Of a stretch of DNA of 64,000 nt, positions 57,285 to 64,000 are shown piece by piece. The translations under genes and the position numbers were made by a program. The notes beneath the pieces were generated by a model. The model saw nothing but the letters and a program-made list of their open reading frames with translations. It was not told the origin of the DNA and did no database searches. Source of the DNA: an uncultured Acidobacteriota bacterium (GTDB taxonomy: Bacteria; Acidobacteriota; UBA6911); the NCBI GenBank assembly GCA_963809485.1, contig CAWEJX010000008.1, forward strand, positions 64,001 to 128,000. The letters run 5' to 3'. Positions within the stretch are counted from its first letter, which is position 1, and every line of letters begins with the position of its first letter.

Positions 57285-58838
57285 ATGGCTATTCATAGCA
57301 TGAAGGAAAAGATCAACGAGTTGCGCAAGCGGCGCGAACGCGCCATGCAGGGAGGCGGCGCCGACAAGCTGGAAAAACAGCGCGGCCAGGGAAAGCTGAC
57401 AGCCAGGGAGCGCATCGAAGTGATGGTCGACCCGGGCAGTTTCGAAGAAACCGGCTTGTTTGCCGAACATCGCGCCACGCTCTTCGGCATGGCCGGAAAA
57501 AACTTTCCGGCGGAGGGTGTGGTAACGGGCGCCGCATCCGTAGCCGGCCGTCTGGTGCATCTGGCCAGCCAGGACTTCACGGTTGCAGGCGGTTCAGCCG
57601 GAGAGGTCCATTCCATCAAGGTGGCCGAAATCATGGAGCAGTCCCTGAAGACGGGATCGCCCTTCATCTTCATCAATGATTCCGGCGGCGCGCGCGTTCA
57701 GGAAGGCATCGACTCGCTTTCCGGCTACGGCAAGGTTTTCTATACCAACGTGATGCTCTCGGGCGCGGTTCCCCAGGTCTCCCTTATCTGCGGCCCCTGC
57801 GCCGGCGGCGCTGCTTACAGCCCCGCCCTGACGGATTTTATTATCCAGACACGCCAGGCGCAGATGTTCATCACGGGCCCCCAGGTGATCAAGAGCGTAA
57901 CCGGCGAGAATGTAACCCAGGAGCAATTGGGCGGTCCCGAGCCTCACATGACCAAGTCGGGCGTAATTCACTTTATCGCCGAAGACGACCCTCACGCCGT
58001 CGCGCTGTGCCAGAAACTGCTGAGCTTCCTGCCGTCCAACAATCTGGAAGATCCGCCCCAGGTGGAGCCCGATCCAAATTACGAGGCCAATCCGGAGCTG
58101 GACGGCGTGGTGCCCACGGACACCAAGAAGGGTTATGATGTGCGCGATGTAATCCTGCGGGTGGTCGATTTTGCCGATTTCCTGGAAGTGCAATCCGGCT
58201 ATGCAACCAATATCGTCGTCGGCTTCGGACGAATCGCCGGACGGACCCTGGGCATCATCGCCAACCAGCCGTCGGTGCAGGCGGGCGTTCTCGACATCAA
58301 CGCCTCCAACAAGGCTTCCCGCTTCGTCCGCTTCTGCAACGCATTCAATGTGCCGTTGCTCACCTTCGTCGACGTGCCGGGTTTTCTGCCCGGAGTCCAG
58401 CAGGAACACAACGGCATCATCCGTCACGGCGCGAAACTGCTGTTTGCCTATTCCGCCGCCACCGTTCCCAAAATCACGGTGATCCTGCGCAAGAGCTACG
58501 GCGGCGCCTACCTGGCCATGTGCGGCAAGGACCTGGGCGCCGACCGCGTCTATGCCTGGCCGACGGCTGAGGTAGCCGTTATGGGAGCGGAGGGCGCCGC
58601 CGAGATTGTTTTCCGCAAGGAAATCGATGAAACGAAAGACAAGGCGGCCAAGCGAAAAGAGCTAATCGAAAAGTACCGCGAGGCTTTCTCGAATCCGTAT
58701 GTGGCCGCCGGCCGCCGTCTGGTGGACGCCATCATCGAGCCCTCCATGACCCGGCACCACATCGCCCAAGCCCTGGAATATCTGCATACCAAACGCGAGT
58801 TGCGGCCGGCCAAGAAACACGGCTTGATTCCGCTATAG
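57285..58838 (+). CDS. Transcarboxylase 12S / acyl-CoA carboxyltransferase subunit
   Basis: GKLTARERI, SQDFTVAGGSAGE, DSGGARVQEG, DVPGFLPG, RKSYGGAY, KKHGLIPL. Confidence 0.9.
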   Translation: MAIHSMKEKINELRKRRERAMQGGGADKLEKQRGQGKLTARERIEVMVDPGSFEETGLFAEHRATLFGMAGKNFPAEGVVTGAASVAGRLVHLASQDFTVAGGSAGEVHSIKVAEIMEQSLKTGSPFIFINDSGGARVQEGIDSLSGYGKVFYTNVMLSGAVPQVSLICGPCAGGAAYSPALTDFIIQTRQAQMFITGPQVIKSVTGENVTQEQLGGPEPHMTKSGVIHFIAEDDPHAVALCQKLLSFLPSNNLEDPPQVEPDPNYEANPELDGVVPTDTKKGYDVRDVILRVVDFADFLEVQSGYATNIVVGFGRIAGRTLGIIANQPSVQAGVLDINASNKASRFVRFCNAFNVPLLTFVDVPGFLPGVQQEHNGIIRHGAKLLFAYSAATVPKITVILRKSYGGAYLAMCGKDLGADRVYAWPTAEVAVMGAEGAAEIVFRKEIDETKDKAAKRKELIEKYREAFSNPYVAAGRRLVDAIIEPSMTRHHIAQALEYLHTKRELRPAKKHGLIPL

Positions 58839-58853
58839 AGCGGAGGTGAAACC

Positions 58854-59192
58854 ATGCCAAGAACGACAATGAAGGAGCTGGCGGAAATCCTGGAACGGAT
58901 TCAGGCGCAGATTGCAGCCCTATCGGAACGAGTGGAGAAACTGGAAACGGCATCGATTCCTTCACCGGCTGTCGAAAGCGCCCTCACCGGCGCCCCGGCG
59001 CCCGAACCGGAAAAGGCGAGCGAACCCGCGCAGCCCGAAATTACGGAAGAGGAGCTGATCGCCATTTCGGCGGCGCTGGGTGCGTACCTGGGCGTGCGCA
59101 TTCGTATCAAACAGATTCGCTTGCTCAGCTCGCATGCCTGGGCACAGCAGGGGCGTGTGTCCATTCAGGCGTCCCACAACCTGCACAATTAG
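58854..59192 (+). CDS. Small transcarboxylase-associated (OadG/delta-like) subunit
   Basis: Coiled-coil N-terminus, Pro/Ala linker, EEELIAISAA...AWAQQGR. Lies between the 12S and biotin-carrier genes. Confidence 0.7.
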   Translation: MPRTTMKELAEILERIQAQIAALSERVEKLETASIPSPAVESALTGAPAPEPEKASEPAQPEITEEELIAISAALGAYLGVRIRIKQIRLLSSHAWAQQGRVSIQASHNLHN

Positions 59193-59200
59193 GAGTCGCC

Positions 59201-59587
59201 GTGAAACTGAACATTACCATTAATCAAAAAACATACGAGGTGGATGTCGAAGCGGTTGAACCCACGGCTGCCTCCCCGCTGATGCGGGGGTTACCAATGG
59301 GATCCGCGCCGGTGCGAGTTCCCGCCGCTCCTGCCCCCAGCCAGCCCGCCGGCGAGGATAAGCCGGTGAACGAAAGCAAGGTTTGCCGCAGCCCGGTTTC
59401 CGGGATCGTAATACGTGTTGCGGCCCAGGTGGGGCAGAGCCTGCAGACCGGCGACGTACTGCTGGTGCTGGAGGCAATGAAGATGGAAACCAATATTACG
59501 GCACCCGGTCCTGGTAAGATAGCTGCCATCCCGGTGAACGAAGGTGACAGTGTTCAGTCGGGCCAGGTGGTGGTGGAGCTTGAATGA
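59201..59587 (+). CDS. Biotin carboxyl carrier (1.3S subunit)
   Basis: MKLNITINQKTYEVDVE, VLEAMKMET biotinylation motif. Confidence 0.93.
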   Translation: MKLNITINQKTYEVDVEAVEPTAASPLMRGLPMGSAPVRVPAAPAPSQPAGEDKPVNESKVCRSPVSGIVIRVAAQVGQSLQTGDVLLVLEAMKMETNITAPGPGKIAAIPVNEGDSVQSGQVVVELE

Positions 59588-60054
59588 TGACTTCACAACT
59601 GGAAAAGGTACCCGGATTTCTTTTTTTTGATCACGTGGCCATTTCGGTTAAACCCGGAGAACTGGAAGCGCACGTCAAGGCCTACCGGGCCATGGGTTTT
59701 AGTGAAATGCACCGCGAAGATGTTCTCGGCACCGACCAGGTGCGGGAAGTTCTGCTCCAGATCGGCGACGGCCCGAACCTGATTCAGCTGATAGAGCCGC
59801 TGACGCCGGAATCGCCGGTGGCGAAACAGATTGAGAAGAATGGCGGGCGTGGCGGGCTGGCGCACGTAGCGCTGCGCGTAGCCGACATTCAAAAGGCGTT
59901 CGATTACCTGGGCCAAAACGGATTCAAGCTGATCGACAAATCGCCGCGCAAGGGATCCCGGGGTACGATGGTCTTCTTCATCCACCCCAAGGCCACCGAG
60001 ACGGCTGCATTCGGCTACCTGATAGAAGTGGTGCAGGAGGGATCGCATGCCTGA
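59584..60054 (+). CDS. mce: Methylmalonyl-CoA epimerase (VOC family)
   Basis: DHVAI, IQLIEPL..ESPVAK, GLAHVALRV, FFIHPK, LIEVVQ; operon context. Confidence 0.85.
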   Translation: MMTSQLEKVPGFLFFDHVAISVKPGELEAHVKAYRAMGFSEMHREDVLGTDQVREVLLQIGDGPNLIQLIEPLTPESPVAKQIEKNGGRGGLAHVALRVADIQKAFDYLGQNGFKLIDKSPRKGSRGTMVFFIHPKATETAAFGYLIEVVQEGSHA

Positions 60055-61465
60055 TCTGCACGCAAAGCCTGAATCCCTGAACCTGGCCCGGGAATTCCCT
60101 GCCGTGCCAACGGACGCATGGGAAGCGGCAATCGAAAAGGATCTCAGGGGCGCCGATTACGCCAAAAGACTGGTCTGGCGCACCGAGGAGGGGCTGTCCG
60201 CACGGCCTTATTACCGGCAGGGAGATCTCGCCGGGCTGGAATCCCAGCTCTCATTGCGCCGGATCAGCCGGGGATGGGAAACGGCCCCGGATGAGGCACC
60301 GAGCGCCGGCGCCATCCGCGCGGACCTTCTTCACGAGGCCGGTGCGCACAGCATCCAGGAACTTGGCTACGCCATCGCCATGGGAGTGGAGCGCCTGGCT
60401 GCGCTCATCACCTCTCAGCCCGTTGATTCCGCCGCTGGCCAGATCGAGTTTGTCCTGGCAGTCGGACCGGGCTTTTTTATCGAAATTGCCAAACTGCGCG
60501 CCGCCCGCTTGCTGTGGGCCCAGGCCGTGGCAGCCTTCGAACCGAAAGACGCCGGGGCCTGCGCCATGCGCCTGTATGTGCGCACACCGCGTCGAAATAA
60601 AAGCATTTACGACCGGTACACCAACCTGCTGCGCTCCACCACGGAAGCCCTCTCGGCCGTCATCGGCGGATGCGATCATCTTACCGTCGAGAGTTTCGGC
60701 TTCGATGCCCACCTCGCCCTCAACATTCAGCGGATCCTGCGCGAAGAAGCGCACATGGACGCCGTGGCGGATCCTGCCGGCGGGTCTTATTACATCGAAG
60801 CTCTCACCGATTCGATCGCGCGCGAAGCCTGGAAGATCTTCCAGCAAGTGGAAGCCGAGGGAGGATATGCGCAGGCGCTGGCTTCAGGCTCGGTCGCCAA
60901 GGCCCTCGCCGCATCACGCGCCGCCCGCGATAACGCCGTGTCGAGCCGCAGGCGCGTTTTGGTGGGCGTAAACAACTATCCCAACCTGACGGAAAAGAGG
61001 CCTGAGGCGGAGGCTCCTGCCCCGCCGGACAGTCCTCTGCCCCAAAATCGCATCGCGGAGCCTTTTGAAAAGATCAGGCAGCGAACCATAGATTGCGCGC
61101 TCGCCAGCGGACGATATCCCAAAGTGCTGCTGCTTACGCGCGGTGACGTGAAAATGAGAGGCGCCCGATCGAACTTTTGCCTGAATTTCTTCGGTTGCGC
61201 GGGCTTCGACATGGTTGTTTCCGAGGAATATAACGGCACGGATGCCGACCTGATCATCTTGTGCAGCTCAGATCCCGAGTACCTTGCGTTTGCGCAGGAT
61301 GTTTGCCCGAAAGTGAAAGTCCCGGTGCTGGTGGCCGGCAACCCGAAGGAAAATATTGAGGCGCTGAAGTCGGCCGGGATTCAAGGATTCGTTCACGTTC
61401 TCAGTGATGCGATCGAGACTTTGACCGAATGGCAGAACAGGCTTGGCATGAGGAGCGGGCAATGA
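60047..61465 (+). CDS. mutA: Methylmalonyl-CoA mutase small (beta) subunit, short form
   Basis: [50 protein letters not shown]; no DxH cobalamin motif. Confidence 0.85.
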   Translation: MPDLHAKPESLNLAREFPAVPTDAWEAAIEKDLRGADYAKRLVWRTEEGLSARPYYRQGDLAGLESQLSLRRISRGWETAPDEAPSAGAIRADLLHEAGAHSIQELGYAIAMGVERLAALITSQPVDSAAGQIEFVLAVGPGFFIEIAKLRAARLLWAQAVAAFEPKDAGACAMRLYVRTPRRNKSIYDRYTNLLRSTTEALSAVIGGCDHLTVESFGFDAHLALNIQRILREEAHMDAVADPAGGSYYIEALTDSIAREAWKIFQQVEAEGGYAQALASGSVAKALAASRAARDNAVSSRRRVLVGVNNYPNLTEKRPEAEAPAPPDSPLPQNRIAEPFEKIRQRTIDCALASGRYPKVLLLTRGDVKMRGARSNFCLNFFGCAGFDMVVSEEYNGTDADLIILCSSDPEYLAFAQDVCPKVKVPVLVAGNPKENIEALKSAGIQGFVHVLSDAIETLTEWQNRLGMRSGQ

Positions 61466-63603
61466 AACCGGACTTCACCAAAATCGATTATGCGCTTCGC
61501 CCTCAAACAAAGGCAGCTGCGGCTCAAAGCAGCGCCGCCGCGTGGATGACGGCCGAAGGCATTCCCGTCAAGCCGCTGTACACGGCCGAAGATCTGCTCG
61601 GCATGGAGCACCTCGAATACGCTGCCGGCGTCCCTCCATTTCTGCGAGGACCGTACTCCACCATGTATTGCATGCAGCCGTGGACAATCCGGCAATATGC
61701 GGGTTTTTCCACGGCGGAGGAATCGAACGCGTTCTACCGGCGCAACCTCGCTGCCGGGCAAAAGGGTCTCTCCGTTGCGTTCGATCTGGCCACCCACCGC
61801 GGCTACGACTCGGATAACGAGCGCGTCGTGGGCGACGTCGGCAAGGCCGGCGTGGCTATTGATTCGGTTGAAGACATGAAGATCCTGTTCGACCAGATCC
61901 CGCTCGGGCAGATGTCGGTGTCGATGACCATGAACGGCGCGGTTCTGCCGGTTATGGCTTTCTACATCGTCGCTGCCCAGGAACAAGGGGTTGGCACACA
62001 GGAGTTGAACGGCACCATTCAAAATGACATCCTGAAAGAATTCATGGTGCGCAATACCTATATCTATCCTCCCCAGCCTTCGATGCGCATCATAGGCGAC
62101 ATCTTCCACTATTGCGCAGCCAACATGCCGAAGTTCAACTGTATTTCCATCAGCGGGTATCACATCCAGGAAGCCGGGGCCACAGCCGACATTGAGCTGG
62201 GCTATACCCTCGCGGACGGGCTCGAATACATTCGCACAGGCATTCAGGCCGGCCTGGACATCGATAGTTTTGCGCCGCGGCTGAGCTTCTTCTGGGGAAT
62301 CGGGATGAATCACTTTATGGAAATCGCCAAGTTGCGCGCCGCGCGCGTGCTTTGGGCGAAGATCATCAAGGGGTTCCATCCGAAAAATCCGAAATCCATG
62401 GCGCTGCGCACGCACTCGCAGACTTCCGGCTGGAGCCTGGCGGCGCAGGATGTCTTCAACAATGTTACCCGCACATGCGTGGAAGCGCTCGCCGCCGTTC
62501 TCGGTCATACCCAGTCCTTGCACACCAACGCCCTGGATGAAGCTATCGCTTTGCCCACCGATTTTTCGGCGCGCATCGCGCGCAACACGCAGATTTACCT
62601 TCAGGAAGAAACCGACATCACCAAAGCCGTGGATCCGTGGGCCGGCAGTTACTACGTCGAATCCCTTACGCGGGATTTGATGCACAAGGCGTGGCACCAC
62701 ATCCAGGAAATTGAGGCGCTGGGCGGAATGGCCAAAGCCATCGAAACGGGCATCCCCAAGATGCGCATCGAGGAGGCGGCCGCACGCCGCCAGGCGCAAA
62801 TCGACTCCGGCCGGGAAACCATTGTCGGGGTCAACAAGTACCGGCTTACGGAGGAGAATTCCATCGACGTCCTGGTTGTGGACAACCAGGCGGTGCGCGA
62901 ATCGCAACTGCGGCGCCTGGCCGAGACAAAGGCTGCGCGGGACCCGCTGGCGGTAAATGCCGCGCTGACAGCCCTGACGCGGTGCGCGGAAACCGGAGAG
63001 GGCAATTTGCTGGAACTCTCTATTCACGCCGCACGCCGGCGGGCGACCCTGGGAGAAATATCCTCCGCCCTCGAACAGGTTTTTGGAAGATACCAGGCGG
63101 TGAACCGCACCATTTCCGGCGTTTATTCTTCCGAAAGCCGCGAAGATCCGGAATTCCAGAGAGCGCTTGCCCTGGCCGAGGAGTTTGCCCGGGCTGAAGG
63201 GCGGCGTCCCCGTATATTGATCGCCAAGATGGGGCAGGACGGTCACGACCGCGGGGCGAAAGTGATCGCCACGGCATTTGCCGACCTGGGTTTTGATGTC
63301 GATGTCGGTCCCCTGTTCCAGACTCCGCGCGAGGCCGCCCGAATGGCCATAGAAAACGACGTTCACGTGCTGGGAGTATCCAGCCTGGCAGGCGGCCACT
63401 CCACTCTTGTGCCGGAAGTCATCGCCGAGCTGAAGAAGCTTGATCGTGAGGATATCCTGGTGTACGTTGGCGGTGTTATTCCGCCGCAGGCTTACGAAGC
63501 GCTGTTCCAGGCGGGCGTGTCGGACGTATTCGGCCCGGGCTCGGTAATTCCTCTTTGTGCGCAAAAAATCCTGGCGGCCTTGCTCGGGAGAGTACGTGCT
63601 TAG
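61462..63603 (+). CDS. mutB: Methylmalonyl-CoA mutase large (catalytic) subunit
   Basis: [46 protein letters not shown]12 motif. Start ATG 61462 (ATGA overlap). Confidence 0.96.
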   Translation: MKPDFTKIDYALRPQTKAAAAQSSAAAWMTAEGIPVKPLYTAEDLLGMEHLEYAAGVPPFLRGPYSTMYCMQPWTIRQYAGFSTAEESNAFYRRNLAAGQKGLSVAFDLATHRGYDSDNERVVGDVGKAGVAIDSVEDMKILFDQIPLGQMSVSMTMNGAVLPVMAFYIVAAQEQGVGTQELNGTIQNDILKEFMVRNTYIYPPQPSMRIIGDIFHYCAANMPKFNCISISGYHIQEAGATADIELGYTLADGLEYIRTGIQAGLDIDSFAPRLSFFWGIGMNHFMEIAKLRAARVLWAKIIKGFHPKNPKSMALRTHSQTSGWSLAAQDVFNNVTRTCVEALAAVLGHTQSLHTNALDEAIALPTDFSARIARNTQIYLQEETDITKAVDPWAGSYYVESLTRDLMHKAWHHIQEIEALGGMAKAIETGIPKMRIEEAAARRQAQIDSGRETIVGVNKYRLTEENSIDVLVVDNQAVRESQLRRLAETKAARDPLAVNAALTALTRCAETGEGNLLELSIHAARRRATLGEISSALEQVFGRYQAVNRTISGVYSSESREDPEFQRALALAEEFARAEGRRPRILIAKMGQDGHDRGAKVIATAFADLGFDVDVGPLFQTPREAARMAIENDVHVLGVSSLAGGHSTLVPEVIAELKKLDREDILVYVGGVIPPQAYEALFQAGVSDVFGPGSVIPLCAQKILAALLGRVRA

Positions 63604-63696
63604 TCCTCAAGGTATCGCGAATGCGCCTGGAACGCAGGTTAGGCCTGCTCTTGGAGACCGTCGTTCAGCATACGATTGTGAACGACCTGGCAAACT

Positions 63697-64000
63697 GTGA
63701 GCGACCCTATCAAACACGGCAGGAGCATTCGCTCAGCGGCGCGCAAACGCCTGCCGCTGGAGCGATACATAAATGGCGTCCTGAGCGGGGACCGCATGGT
63801 CCTGGCGCGCGCCATCACCGTGATTGAAAGCGACCTTCCTTCCGATGGCGAACTCGCGGCGCATCTGCTCGACCGGGTGCTGCCTCATTCCGGCAAATCA
63901 CTGAGAGTGGGGATCACGGGTGTTCCAGGCGTGGGAAAAAGCACGTTCATTGACGCTCTTGGCATGCACCTTATTCGCGACTGCGGCGAAAACGTCGCTG
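63697..64000 (+). CDS. meaB: Methylmalonyl-CoA mutase-associated GTPase MeaB (5' part; runs off window end)
   Basis: Not in the ORF track. From GTG 63697: ...YINGVLSGDRMVLARAITVIES...RVGITGVPGVGKSTFIDALG. Confidence 0.92.
   Translation, partial: MSDPIKHGRSIRSAARKRLPLERYINGVLSGDRMVLARAITVIESDLPSDGELAAHLLDRVLPHSGKSLRVGITGVPGVGKSTFIDALGMHLIRDCGENVA

Noticed and set aside
61393-63564. 723-aa minus-strand ORF (and similar long antisense ORFs over mutS, recN, rocD, the flavoprotein and mmsA)
   Set aside because: Codon-register shadows of conserved GC-rich genes, with no recognisable motifs of their own.

Overview
This is a GC-rich bacterial chromosomal segment. It is probably from an anaerobic or facultative Acidobacteriota member, inferred from the LptF-LptG fusion, the Pal with an inserted Ig-like domain and the gene repertoire. 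It carries about 50 mostly housekeeping and envelope genes: ppdK (partial), lpxD, xerD, lptFG, miaB, recN, the tolQRAB-pal-cpoB-ssb-selD run, tsaB/rimI, mutS, an ArnT/flippase-like/GT2 trio, yqeC, rarA, uppP, rocD, hisG, an ECF sigma/anti-sigma module and exeA/exeB. Its anaerobic-metabolism genes are mmsA, an AprA/AprB-like flavoprotein-ferredoxin pair, an orphan glycyl-radical activase, and a Propionibacterium-type transcarboxylase + epimerase + methylmalonyl-CoA mutase + MeaB operon. Signals the ORF track misses: a selenocysteine UGA with a SECIS-like hairpin in selD; a 28-bp dif-like XerCD site 2.7 kb from xerD; four non-autonomous IS200/IS605-like elements with nested ('Russian-doll') inverted-repeat cargo; two copies of a TIR-bounded MITE with REP-like palindromes; and several heptamer-repeat inverted cassettes. 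No rRNA, tRNA, CRISPR array, transposase or prophage was seen. All family assignments come from recalled motifs, not database searches.
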